Shown here: positions 29,009 to 38,470 of the stretch, in pieces
Numbering within the stretch: the stretch's first letter is position 1
Layout: each line of letters starts with the position of its first letter
Source: an uncultured delta proteobacterium
GTDB lineage: Bacteria; Desulfobacterota; Binatia; Binatales; Binataceae
Reading direction: 5' to 3'
Length of the DNA stretch: 64,000 bases
NCBI GenBank assembly: GCA_963711565.1
Contig: CAVQEQ010000003.1
Span: forward strand, 448,001 to 512,000
Made by a program: the position numbers and the translations under genes
The notes under the pieces: generated by a model
Told to the model about the DNA's origin: nothing
What the model saw: the letters and a program-made list of their open reading frames with translations, nothing else
Database searches by the model: none

Positions 29009-29469
29009 TAGATTCGGATTCCGCCGCCCGGCGGCGCCGTCCTCCCTATCCTGTCCTGCATTCTTCGCACGAGCAGGTTGGCGATCGCGATCCACACGAG
29101 CGCGACTAGCGGGAAAACAACATAATTCATGTTGACGTTTCCGCCACGAGCGTCTGCGACCACGACGCCGAACACTCCCGCCATCAGGAGCACATAGGCG
29201 ACCCTGAACCACGACACCGCGCTCCTCATTCGCCCGTTGAATTGCTCCGGCTTAATTGCAGGAGCCAACCCGATGAGCGCGTAGCCGGCGAGCGCAATTG
29301 AAGGCAGGAGAAACAGCCCGACTAACTTCGAGCCGTAGCCGTTGATCTGCCCCGTGATGTCCCAGTGAATCGGAATCTGCGCAGGAGCAGTCGGCCATGT
29401 CCAAATAGCGCCCGCGAACATCGCGATGATCAGCGCGCGCGCCAGCCATTCTGCATTTCGATTTTTCAC
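29008..29469 (-). CDS. DUF1648 / SdpI-like membrane protein
   Basis: PAQIPIHWDITGQINGYGSK DUF1648 signature; four hydrophobic segments. Confidence 0.8.
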   Translation of the reverse strand: MKNRNAEWLARALIIAMFAGAIWTWPTAPAQIPIHWDITGQINGYGSKLVGLFLLPSIALAGYALIGLAPAIKPEQFNGRMRSAVSWFRVAYVLLMAGVFGVVVADARGGNVNMNYVVFPLVALVWIAIANLLVRRMQDRIGRTAPPGGGIRI

Positions 29470-30572
29470 GATTGCGCGCCCATCACTTCACTGAGCATCG
29501 CGACAAGCCGCCGATTCTCCTCGGGCAGACCGACGCTGATTCGCACGTGACGCGGATAGCCGTATCCGTTCATCGCGCGCACGATCACGCCCTTGCGCAG
29601 CAGCTTGTCGTAAACGGCGCGGCCGTCGCCCACATCGACGAGGAAAAAATTCGCGTGACTCGGCACGAACGGCAGCTTGAGCCGCCGAAACTCGCCTTCG
29701 AGGTAGTCCATGCCGTCGGCGTTGACTTGCAGGGTCCGCGCGATATGGGCCCGGTCGTCCATCCCGGCAATCGCCGCCACCTGCGCGAGCGAGGTCACGT
29801 TGAACGGCTGCCGCACGTTGTGCAGCATCTGGATCATGTCGGGGCGCGCCACCGCGTAACCAACTCGCATCCCGGCCAGGCCGAAAATTTTTGAGAACGT
29901 GCGAAGCGTGATTATCAGCCGGCGGTCGTCGTGGTCCTCCATCGAGTCGGGATAATCGGGGGCGCGCACGAATTCGAAGTACGCCTCGTCCGCGACGATC
30001 ACGACGTGCTCCGGCACGCGCTCGAGGAACCGCTGCCACTCGGCGCGCCGGTAAATCGTCCCGGTCGGATTATTCGGATTGCCGAGAAAAACAATTCGCG
30101 TGTTGGCGTCGATCGCCGACGCCAACGCCTCGAGGTCGTGCGAGAATCCGTCGCTGGTTTTTGCGACACGATGCTCGCCGCCGGCCGCCGCCGTCGCCAG
30201 CGGATAAATCGCGAAGGAATGCTCCGAGTAAACCGAGTTGAGTCCCGGCCGCAGGTACAGGAACGCGAGCAGGTTGAGCACCTCGACCGAGCCTGCCGCC
30301 GCGAAGACGCGCTCGACGCCAATCTTATGATGCGCCGCGATCTTGGCGCGCAGATCGTAGCTGGCGCCGTCGGGGTATCGATTCAGCTCGGGCAGGGCAG
30401 CCTTGATCGCCTCGATTGCGCGCGGCGAGGGCCCGAGAGGATTCTCGTTCGACGCCAGCTTGACCGGATCGACGATGCCGAGTTCGCGTTGCAGCTCCTC
30501 GATCGGCTTGCCCGGCTCGTAAGGAGCAAGCGCGGCGACGGAAGGGAGTACGAGATCTTGAGCTTTGATCAA
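29466..30572 (-). CDS. hisC: Histidinol-phosphate aminotransferase
   Basis: YEPGKP, KLASNENPLG, RYPD, NPNNPTG, DEAY, RTFSK.FGLAG.RVGY. Confidence 0.95.
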   Translation of the reverse strand: MIKAQDLVLPSVAALAPYEPGKPIEELQRELGIVDPVKLASNENPLGPSPRAIEAIKAALPELNRYPDGASYDLRAKIAAHHKIGVERVFAAAGSVEVLNLLAFLYLRPGLNSVYSEHSFAIYPLATAAAGGEHRVAKTSDGFSHDLEALASAIDANTRIVFLGNPNNPTGTIYRRAEWQRFLERVPEHVVIVADEAYFEFVRAPDYPDSMEDHDDRRLIITLRTFSKIFGLAGMRVGYAVARPDMIQMLHNVRQPFNVTSLAQVAAIAGMDDRAHIARTLQVNADGMDYLEGEFRRLKLPFVPSHANFFLVDVGDGRAVYDKLLRKGVIVRAMNGYGYPRHVRISVGLPEENRRLVAMLSEVMGAQS

Positions 30573-30612
30573 AACGGGGGAACGGCCACTGGAAATGTTT
30601 GGGCTGCCCGGC

Positions 30613-31728
30613 TCAGGCAGCGGCCGACCTTCCTTCAGGATACGATCCTAAGACCTTCAAGAATAGGGCCTTGCTCGACAGCGATTTGAGAGCGCGCGCG
30701 AGCTTGGCGTCGTCACGATGACCCATAACGTCAACGAAGAACAGGTATTCCCACGGGCGCGCGCGCAGCGGTCGCGACTCGATCTTGGAAATATTGATCG
30801 CGTTGCGCGCAAACAGGTTCAGCGCCTGGTTGAGCGTGCCGACGCGGTCCGCCACCGCGAACAGCAGCGTGGTCTTGTCCTTGCCTGATTTTTCGATCGG
30901 GCGCGTGCCCATCACGAGGAATCGCGTGGTGTTGGCAGCAACGTCCTGCACGTTCGACGAGATCGGCTTGAGTCCGTAGGCCTCGCCCGCCGCCTTCGAC
31001 GCGATCGCCGCAATCGACGCGTCCGCCGCCGCGCGCTGGGCAGCCAGCGCGTTGGACGCGACCGCTTCAGTCTCGATATTCGGGAAATGCGCGGTGAGGT
31101 AGCCGCGGCATTGCGCGAGGCTTTGCTGATGCGACACGATGCGCCTGACCGCGCCCGCATCGCCGCTAAGCGACATAATCGAATGTCGAATAGGCAGCAG
31201 CACTTCGCCGACTATCACCAGCGACGTATCTATAAGGAGGTCGAGCGTCAGCGTCACCGAGCCTTCGGTCGAGTTCTCGACGGGCACCACGCCGAAATCC
31301 GCGCGTCCGTTCTCGATTGCCTGGAAGACCGCCGCGAAGGACTCCAGCGGCATCAGCTCGACGCTCGAGCCGAAGCGCACCCGCGTCGCCTCGTGCGAGT
31401 AGGTATGCTCGGGGCCGAGGAAGGCGACGCGCGGCTCATGCTCGAGCGCGCGGCAGGCCGAAATTATCTCGACGTAAATCCGCTTGACCTGTTCGTCGGT
31501 CAGCGGCCCCTGGTTCTCGGCGATCATCTTTTCGATGATCGCGCGCTCGCGCACCGGCTGATAAACCTCGCCGCCCTCGTGATGCTTCAGCCGGCCAATC
31601 TCGGTGGCGACGCCGGCGCGGGCCGAGATGAGGCGCAGAATTTTGAGATTAATCTCATCCATCCGCGCCCGCAGAGTTTCGATAGATGGCGCCTCGGCGG
31701 CCGGCTTCCTGGCAGTTCGCGATGACAT
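30613..31728 (-). CDS. pheA: Chorismate mutase / prephenate dehydratase (P-protein)
   Basis: CM domain (LRARMD, RE), FLGP..TYSH, PVENSTEG, NTTRF, IESRP, FFVD, LGSYP; start set at ATG 31728. Confidence 0.95.
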   Translation of the reverse strand: MSSRTARKPAAEAPSIETLRARMDEINLKILRLISARAGVATEIGRLKHHEGGEVYQPVRERAIIEKMIAENQGPLTDEQVKRIYVEIISACRALEHEPRVAFLGPEHTYSHEATRVRFGSSVELMPLESFAAVFQAIENGRADFGVVPVENSTEGSVTLTLDLLIDTSLVIVGEVLLPIRHSIMSLSGDAGAVRRIVSHQQSLAQCRGYLTAHFPNIETEAVASNALAAQRAAADASIAAIASKAAGEAYGLKPISSNVQDVAANTTRFLVMGTRPIEKSGKDKTTLLFAVADRVGTLNQALNLFARNAINISKIESRPLRARPWEYLFFVDVMGHRDDAKLARALKSLSSKALFLKVLGSYPEGRSAAA

Positions 31729-31842
31729 CGAACAAGAATGGCTACCGGATCGACCGGTCGTTTTCAACGTCCTGCTAATGTCGTCTCGAGGCTCGTTTGG
31801 CGGGACCGCTCTGATGACTATAAGTTGATGAGTGTAAACTAT

Positions 31843-31870
31843 TTGATTTGATCTGACTTTCCAGTAAGCT
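31843..31870 (+). promoter_or_regulatory. Possible sigma70 promoter for the Cys-rich lipoprotein (leaderless geometry)
   Basis: TTGATT-N16-TAAGCT ending 7 nt before GTG 31878; AT-rich context; no SD. Confidence 0.4.
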
Positions 31871-31877
31871 TCTCAAG

Positions 31878-33116
31878 GTGGGGCGCGCATCAGGGACAGT
31901 TCGTCTTTTCGTATTTGCGATTCTGCTGGCCGGCTGCAACGGCGGCAGCAGCGGGCAGCAGTCAACGCCAACGACATCATCCGGCATCGTCCATTTCGTC
32001 CCCAACTCACACGCGTTCTGGAGCAACCCCTCGAATTGGACGACCAGCTTCGGGCCCGCCTACGCCGACATCACGCTCGCGTCGAGCAATTTCGTTCCGT
32101 GCCGCGGCGGACCTTTCGCGCTCTGCTATTACTCGGGTCCCAGTTCCGGCGCCGAAGACCTGTCGTGCACTTTGACGCCCGACGGCAAATACGCCAACTG
32201 CCAATGCTTCGACATTCCATACGGCGTGTACTTCGTCGATATCAACGCGATCCTCAATCACGACGTGTATGAAAAGACCGTCGCGCAATGCGGCGCCGAC
32301 GGCAGTTTGTGCGCGACGCTCAACTCGGCGCCGGTGTGCGCCAACGTCAATAAGGGCAAACTGATTCCCGGGTCGAGCGTCTTCTCGACTTTCAGCTTCG
32401 ATTGCGTGCCCGAGAACGGACTCGGGCTGACGAGTTGCGATCAACAACCCTACGCCGGATGCATGACAGCGCCGTGCTTCAAAACCGGTCAGGCGGGAAT
32501 CGTCCAATGCTCTTGCCCGGTGTTCAACGGCCCTTATCAGGTCGGGCAGAACGATCAGGCGTGCACGCTCGGCGACAACCTCGTGTGGTCGGCCGCGTAT
32601 GCTCCTCCGGCGGCGACGCCAACCGCCACGCCTGACGGCGCGGCCGCGAATCCGGATACGATGATGCGCGCGTCGGCGAATGCCGCAGTTCCAACTCCTC
32701 CCTCATGCATTCCGGACGCGCCCGGCGGCATCGGATGCCCGCTGTACGATCCCGGCGTCACGATGATACCGCCCGACAGCGGCGTCGATTGCGCCAAGGT
32801 CTGCGACGAGTACCACAGTTGCCTGCAACCGAAGGGCGCGCAGGCCGGCTTCACCTGCGACGCCACGCTATGCACCGACGAATGCAACGATCGCGACCTG
32901 GTCAGCACCGCATGCAGCGGGCTCGCCGGATGCGACATCTCCGAAATCGTAAAAGTCGAAACCGCCGCTCGATGCAGCTGCTGCGCCAGCCAGCTATGCG
33001 AATGCGATCCGCGAGCTAAAACCAACAAAGCAATCTCCGCGCTGAATCAGCAGCAACGCGATCGCGGCATCACGCCTCAGTGCGACATCAACGGCACGCT
33101 GTGCGGCACGAACTAG
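31878..33116 (+). CDS. Cysteine-rich lipoprotein of unknown function (412 aa, 33 Cys)
   Basis: Lipobox ILLAG-C, Ser/Thr linker, two Cys-rich modules separated by a Pro/Ala/Thr linker. Confidence 0.8.
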   Translation: MGRASGTVRLFVFAILLAGCNGGSSGQQSTPTTSSGIVHFVPNSHAFWSNPSNWTTSFGPAYADITLASSNFVPCRGGPFALCYYSGPSSGAEDLSCTLTPDGKYANCQCFDIPYGVYFVDINAILNHDVYEKTVAQCGADGSLCATLNSAPVCANVNKGKLIPGSSVFSTFSFDCVPENGLGLTSCDQQPYAGCMTAPCFKTGQAGIVQCSCPVFNGPYQVGQNDQACTLGDNLVWSAAYAPPAATPTATPDGAAANPDTMMRASANAAVPTPPSCIPDAPGGIGCPLYDPGVTMIPPDSGVDCAKVCDEYHSCLQPKGAQAGFTCDATLCTDECNDRDLVSTACSGLAGCDISEIVKVETAARCSCCASQLCECDPRAKTNKAISALNQQQRDRGITPQCDINGTLCGTN

Positions 33117-33125
33117 GTGTTACGT

Positions 33126-34049
33126 TCAATCGAGTGGATCGTTCTCGACGCGGCCGCGCGTTAGAAACGCCGAGCCCATCGATGCGAACTTTCGCCCGCG
33201 CGCGCGGCGCAACTCCTGCGGCTTCAGCTTGACGAGACGCTCGAGGTGCCGGGCCAGCGCGGCGCCGATCAGATGCGCCGCTTCGGCCGGCGCGGTATGC
33301 GCTCCACCCGCGGGCTCCGGCACGATCTCGTCGATCAGTCCCAGCTCGAGCAAGTCGGGCGCCGACAGCTTCAGCGCCGAGGCCGCCGCCGCGACGTTCT
33401 CTTCGCCGCCCGCGCGCCACAGAATCGCCGCGCATCCTTCCGGCGTGATCACCGAGTAGCACGCGTTCTCCTGCATCAGCACGACGTTCGCCACGCCGAG
33501 CGCCAGCGCGCCGCCCGAGCCGCCTTCGCCGATCACGCACGCGACGATAGGCACGGTCAGCCGCGCCATCAGTTCGAGGTTGCGCGCGATCGCCTCGATC
33601 TGCCCGCGCTCTTCCGCGCCAACTCCTGACTCGCCACCTTGCGTATCGATCAGGGTGATAATCGGCAGCCCGAACCGCTCGGCCAGTTCGTAGATGCGCG
33701 CCGCCTTGCGATAACCCTCGGGCAGCGGCTTGCCGAAATTGCGCTTGATTCGTTCGGCAGTCGAGCGACCCCGCTGATGGCCGACGACCGCGACAGCGCG
33801 ATGGCCAAAATAGGCAAGGCCCGCCACGATCGCGCCGTCGTCGGCAAAGCGCCGGTCGCCGTGGATCTCGATGAAGTCGCGCATCAGCAAGTCGATGTAA
33901 TCAATCGTCTGCGGGCGATTAGCATGCCGCGCGAGCCGCACGCGCTCGATCGCGCTGCGCGGCTCCGGCGCGGTGCCCTCAACCGTCGCGACGCCATTGC
34001 CACGATTCTTCGCGCCGCGCGCCTTATGTCCGTTGGAATTGTTTTTCAA
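33126..34049 (-). CDS. accA: Acetyl-CoA carboxylase carboxyltransferase alpha subunit (divergent)
   Basis: ARH..RP, HGDR..ADD, PEGYRKA.R, AEERGQ..AIARNL, GEGGSGGALA, YSVITPEGCAAILW. Confidence 0.88.
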   Translation of the reverse strand: MKNNSNGHKARGAKNRGNGVATVEGTAPEPRSAIERVRLARHANRPQTIDYIDLLMRDFIEIHGDRRFADDGAIVAGLAYFGHRAVAVVGHQRGRSTAERIKRNFGKPLPEGYRKAARIYELAERFGLPIITLIDTQGGESGVGAEERGQIEAIARNLELMARLTVPIVACVIGEGGSGGALALGVANVVLMQENACYSVITPEGCAAILWRAGGEENVAAAASALKLSAPDLLELGLIDEIVPEPAGGAHTAPAEAAHLIGAALARHLERLVKLKPQELRRARGRKFASMGSAFLTRGRVENDPLD

Positions 34050-35017
34050 TTTTGTCTGCGCCTGAAAAATTTCTCGAACAACGCGAGAGCATCCTGAACG
34101 CCGCGCTCCGGGTCAAGCCACACGATCTCGGGCTCGCGGCGAAACCATGTGAGTTGGCGCTTAGCGAGCCGCCGCGATTCCTGCTTCGCCAGAGCCACCG
34201 CGTCGGCCAGCGCAAGCTCGCCGCGCAGATGAGCCGCCATCTGCTTGTACCCAATCGTACTCAGCGGCGGCTTGTCGGGCGAGTATCCGGCCTCGACCAG
34301 CGCCCGCACTTCTTCGACCAGTCCGGCCGCGACCATCGCATCGAAGCGCGTGTCGATCGCGTCGTAGAGCTTTTTCCGCTCGACTTCGACCCCGACCGTG
34401 AAAGTGTCGTAGCCGATGTCGGCGAAACGATGCCTTTGCTGATGCGCGGTGATCGTTTCGCCGGTCAGCTCGAAAACTTCGATAGCGCGTGCGATGCGGT
34501 AAAGGTCGTTGACGCCGATTCGATTCGCCGACTCGGGATCGATCTCGCGCAACCGCTGATGGAGATGCGCGACGCCCTGTTCCGCCGCGATCTTCGCCAG
34601 TCGGTAGCGAATTTCCATCGACGCGGCTGGTCCGCGAAAAATCCCGCCCCGGATCACGCGCAGATAGAGCCCGCTGCCGCCGACCACGAGAGGATTTCGC
34701 CCGCGCGCGGCGATCTCGTCGATCGCGGCGCGTGCAAGCTGCGCGAACTCCGCCACGTCAAGCGACTCGTCGGGGTCGCGCACATCTATAAGATGATGCG
34801 GCACGCGCGCCCGATCCTCGGCCGACGGCTTCGCCGTGCCGAGATCCATCCCGCGGTAGAACTGCCGCGAGTCGGCGTTGACTATCTCGCAGTTCAAGCG
34901 CTCCGTCACCGCCATCGCGAGCGCCGACTTGCCCGCACCTGTCGGCCCGACAATAAAGCCGACCGCGATCCTGGCCGGTCCTACCGACGCGTCAATCTGG
35001 GCCACTGAAAAACTCAT
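34046..35017 (-). CDS. miaA: tRNA dimethylallyltransferase
   Basis: GPTGAGKS, DSRQFYRGMDLGTAKP, VGGSGLY, IGYKQ, AKRQLTWF; ATGA coupling to mutL. Confidence 0.96.
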   Translation of the reverse strand: MSFSVAQIDASVGPARIAVGFIVGPTGAGKSALAMAVTERLNCEIVNADSRQFYRGMDLGTAKPSAEDRARVPHHLIDVRDPDESLDVAEFAQLARAAIDEIAARGRNPLVVGGSGLYLRVIRGGIFRGPAASMEIRYRLAKIAAEQGVAHLHQRLREIDPESANRIGVNDLYRIARAIEVFELTGETITAHQQRHRFADIGYDTFTVGVEVERKKLYDAIDTRFDAMVAAGLVEEVRALVEAGYSPDKPPLSTIGYKQMAAHLRGELALADAVALAKQESRRLAKRQLTWFRREPEIVWLDPERGVQDALALFEKFFRRRQN

Positions 35018-36831
35018 CGCCGAAACATTCGCTCGATTTGCCCGCGTCCAAACTGAATATGCACCGGGCGTCCGTGCGGGCAGTTGGTCTTGAACTCGGT
35101 GCGATCGAGTTCCGCTAGCAGCGAATGGATCTCCGCGAGCTCGAGCACGCGCCCGACCCGAACCGAACCGTGACACGCGAGCTGCTTCAGCCAGTTCTCG
35201 AACGCGGCCTCGCCGCCGCCGCGGAAGCCCGCATCGCCCATGCTCTCGATCATATCGCCGAGCAGCTTCGCGCCGCCTTCCGGCCCGAACACGGCGGGCG
35301 CGCCCTTGAGCAGCAGCGTCGTCGGGCCGAACGGCTCGACCTCGAAGCCCATCGCGCGTATTTCAGTGAGCGCGGCATGGACCATGCTCGCGCGTGCGGG
35401 GTTCAGCTCGAGCGAGACCGGCGCGAGCATCGCCTGCGTGCGAATTCCGCCGTCGCGGAGTTCGCGGCGCAGCTTCTCGAACGTGACGCGCTCATGCGCC
35501 GCGTGCTGATCGATAAGGAGCAGCCCCTCCTCGGTCTCGAGCGCAATGTATCCGGCGAAGATTTGTCCGATCACCCGGAGGCTGGAATACATCGGAATTG
35601 GTGCCGCGGGGATCGGCGTCGCTGACGCACTCGGACCGCTGCGAGCGTCGCGATCGTACGCCAGAGTGAGCGGACGCTGAAACGCCGCATGACTCGGAGC
35701 GTCGGGCACGAGCCTCAGCGGCGCCTCGCTTCGCGGGCTTGGCATGCTGTCCTCGCTGCGCGAGGACATCGTAATCAGTCCCATCGCGGCGTCGTCGGTG
35801 GATGGAGCCGGTGCCGCTTCGGTCGCCGCGCCTTCCGTTTGATCCGCCAAGCGGTCGCGAATCGCGTGATAGACGACGTCGAAGACCGCGCCGCCGTTGC
35901 GAAAGCGGACCTCGGTCTTCATCGGATGCACATTGACGTCAACATCTTCGGGTCGCATATCGACGAACAGCACCGTCGCCGGATGCCGTCCCCGCGGGAT
36001 CAGCGTCTGGTAGGCCTGCTCGGTTGCTCGAATCAGCATCCGGTCGCGCACCGAGCGGCCGTTGACGAAGGTGAAGATCATCCTGCCGGTCGGGAACGAC
36101 TCCTGGCTCGATGCGGCCAGACCCTGCGCGCGAATGCCGGGGCGGCCGAGGTCGAACGCGAGCATCTTCGATGCGATCTTCGGACCGAACACCTGGCGGA
36201 ATCGTTCGAGCACCGAGTTGGCGCGCGGCAAATCGAAAATGGTGCGGCCGTCGGCGGTCAGGCGGAACGCTATGTGATGATTGGCGAGCGCGACTCGCTG
36301 GAACGATTCCGCGATAGCGCCCTGCTCGGTCGCGAGCGTCTTCAGGAACTTGAGCCGGGCCGGGGTGTTGAAAAAGAGCTGGCGGACTTCGATTCGCGTG
36401 CCGGCCGCAATCGCACATGTACGAGTATCCTCGATGTCGCCGGCTTCGGCGGCGACCTCGACGCCATGCTCGTCGGTCGCGCGGCGGGTTTGCATCCGAA
36501 GATGAGACACGCTCGCGATCGAGGCGAGCGCCTCGCCGCGAAAGCCGAGCGAGCGAATCGCGGCCAGGTCGGCGGCGCTACGAATCTTCGAAGTCGCGTG
36601 ACGACGGAGCGAAAGGATCGCGTCGGCGCGCGTCATGCCGCAGCCGTCGTCGGCGACCGCGATCAGGGCCGAGCCGCCGCCGAGAATCTCGACGCTCACC
36701 GAGCGCGCGCCCGCGTCGAGCGAGTTCTCGACCAGCTCCTTGACGGCGGAGGCCGGCCGCTCGACGACTTCGCCCGCCGCGATCTGGCTGGCGACTTGCT
36801 CGGGTAATATGTGGACTATGTGGTCGGACAT
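35014..36831 (-). CDS. mutL: DNA mismatch repair protein MutL (endonuclease type)
   Basis: IAAGEVVERP, GFRGEALASI, DVNVHP.K.EVRF, DQHAAHER, CPHGRP. Confidence 0.97.
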   Translation of the reverse strand: MSDHIVHILPEQVASQIAAGEVVERPASAVKELVENSLDAGARSVSVEILGGGSALIAVADDGCGMTRADAILSLRRHATSKIRSAADLAAIRSLGFRGEALASIASVSHLRMQTRRATDEHGVEVAAEAGDIEDTRTCAIAAGTRIEVRQLFFNTPARLKFLKTLATEQGAIAESFQRVALANHHIAFRLTADGRTIFDLPRANSVLERFRQVFGPKIASKMLAFDLGRPGIRAQGLAASSQESFPTGRMIFTFVNGRSVRDRMLIRATEQAYQTLIPRGRHPATVLFVDMRPEDVDVNVHPMKTEVRFRNGGAVFDVVYHAIRDRLADQTEGAATEAAPAPSTDDAAMGLITMSSRSEDSMPSPRSEAPLRLVPDAPSHAAFQRPLTLAYDRDARSGPSASATPIPAAPIPMYSSLRVIGQIFAGYIALETEEGLLLIDQHAAHERVTFEKLRRELRDGGIRTQAMLAPVSLELNPARASMVHAALTEIRAMGFEVEPFGPTTLLLKGAPAVFGPEGGAKLLGDMIESMGDAGFRGGGEAAFENWLKQLACHGSVRVGRVLELAEIHSLLAELDRTEFKTNCPHGRPVHIQFGRGQIERMFRR

Positions 36832-37008
36832 TTTGGCCGGACGACTTAACTGGACATTCTAGCTTTCGGACTGGATAACTGGATACTCAAGCAAGTCACG
36901 GGGGCGGCGTCAAAAGCGGGGGAAGAGTTTGCGCAGGTTGAAGATCGCTGCGGCTTTTGAAAAGCTTTCGGCGCAGCGAATTCGCTTTTTCACTGCATCA
37001 CGCCAACG

Positions 37009-38244
37009 ATGAAAAAAATTACGGTAATGCTGCTCGGCGCGGCAATTCTAGTGACCGCGGCCGCGACGGGGGCGTATGCGGATCAGATCAAAATCGGGGT
37101 CGGTGTGATCGGACCGATCTCGCCGCAGACCGAGGCCGATATCGACACAATCGTCGGCAAGCTGCCGAATGTGAAGGTGGTGCCGATTCAGCCGCCGGGG
37201 GGTGTCGATGCGTGCGTCAAGCGATTTGTCGCCGGCGACCCGGACGATCGGCTCGACGCGGTGATGGTCGTGAGCCTGCCGACCGAGTCGTTTCAGTCGG
37301 TGCGCGATTCGAACGAGGCGCGCTTCACCGGCGCATACGAGATCTGGACGCTGAATCTATCGACCCTGGCCGAGGACAGGCATCGCTTCACCTTTAACGA
37401 CAGCGAGCCGGTGATTGGCGGCGTAGCCGCATTCCTGGCGCTGCCGGCGCAGGCGTTTGCCGAGCGCGCGACCGGCAAGAAACTTATCTCGAGCGATCAA
37501 TGGCAGGCGTTCGAGGCGGTGCAGACGCGGGTCGAGGCGAAACTGGTCGCGGCGACCAAGCTGTATCTCGCGACCGCGTCGATCCGCGACACCGGTCCGC
37601 TCCAGCCGCTCGACACGGCGAAAGCGCTGCTCGATCGCGGCGACGGCGAGGACGCGATGGCGGTGTTCAAGTCGGCGGGAATCAACAATCCCGAGGTGCA
37701 GCGGATGATCGCGGATGCTCAGGGACAGTTGCAGCGCAGTGCGGCGAACGCGCTGCTGGGACGCACGCTCGGCGCGATGGCGGGCGGGAATGCCGGCGCG
37801 GCGCGCGTGATCCTGGCCGACTACGAGAAGGCGCCGTCGGCCGAGAGTTCGCGCGCGGATTCGATTAGGCGGGTGCTGGCGTACGTGCCCGACCGTCGCA
37901 CCGAATCCGCCTATGACGGCGTTATGAAGAGCGACGTGCCCGCGCTCGACCATCAGGCGTTCGTCGCGATGATCAAGCAGCTCTTCAGCGAGGAGACGGG
38001 ATCGTCACCCAACGAGGTGATCGTCGCCGCGAAGGACATAACGATCGAGGACAAGGACGCGCCGCAAGGGCTCAAGGTGCAACTCGACAGCTATGCGGGC
38101 GCACTCGGGCGGAGCGCGTGGCTGATGAGCCTCAAGTGCGGATGCGACGCGGGCGCCGTGCTCGAGGGAGAAGCGGTCGGCGAGGCGCTGCTGAAGGCGA
38201 AGTATTCACCCTCTTTCACGCGGCCGCAGGTCGGGCTACCCTAG
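37009..38244 (+). CDS. Secreted hypothetical protein
   Basis: Signal peptide MKKITVMLLGAAILVTAAATGAYA; strong GC3 codon bias; no family recognised. Confidence 0.75.
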   Translation: MKKITVMLLGAAILVTAAATGAYADQIKIGVGVIGPISPQTEADIDTIVGKLPNVKVVPIQPPGGVDACVKRFVAGDPDDRLDAVMVVSLPTESFQSVRDSNEARFTGAYEIWTLNLSTLAEDRHRFTFNDSEPVIGGVAAFLALPAQAFAERATGKKLISSDQWQAFEAVQTRVEAKLVAATKLYLATASIRDTGPLQPLDTAKALLDRGDGEDAMAVFKSAGINNPEVQRMIADAQGQLQRSAANALLGRTLGAMAGGNAGAARVILADYEKAPSAESSRADSIRRVLAYVPDRRTESAYDGVMKSDVPALDHQAFVAMIKQLFSEETGSSPNEVIVAAKDITIEDKDAPQGLKVQLDSYAGALGRSAWLMSLKCGCDAGAVLEGEAVGEALLKAKYSPSFTRPQVGLP

Positions 38245-38274
38245 CGGGATTAACCAGGTTCGAACGGAAGACCC

Positions 38275-38463
38275 ATGAGACATTGCGCATACTGCAAGAA
38301 GCATCCGTCAGTCGGCAACAACGTCAGCCATGCCAACAACAAGACCAAGCGGCGCTGGAATCCCAACCTGCAGGAAGTGCGCGCGGAGATAAACGGCAAC
38401 GTGCGGCGAATCCTCGTCTGCACCCGCTGTATCCGCGCGGGCAAGGTCAAGAAAAGCGCGTAG
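38275..38463 (+). CDS. rpmB: 50S ribosomal protein L28 (CxxC..CxxC zinc-binding form)
   Basis: [25 protein letters not shown]...VCTRCIR. Confidence 0.96.
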   Translation: MRHCAYCKKHPSVGNNVSHANNKTKRRWNPNLQEVRAEINGNVRRILVCTRCIRAGKVKKSA

Positions 38464-38470
38464 AATAATC

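Noticed and set aside
31878-33116. Multiheme cytochrome or RiPP precursor interpretation of the Cys-rich protein
   Set aside because: No CxxCH motifs, too long for a precursor peptide, and no maturase genes nearby.
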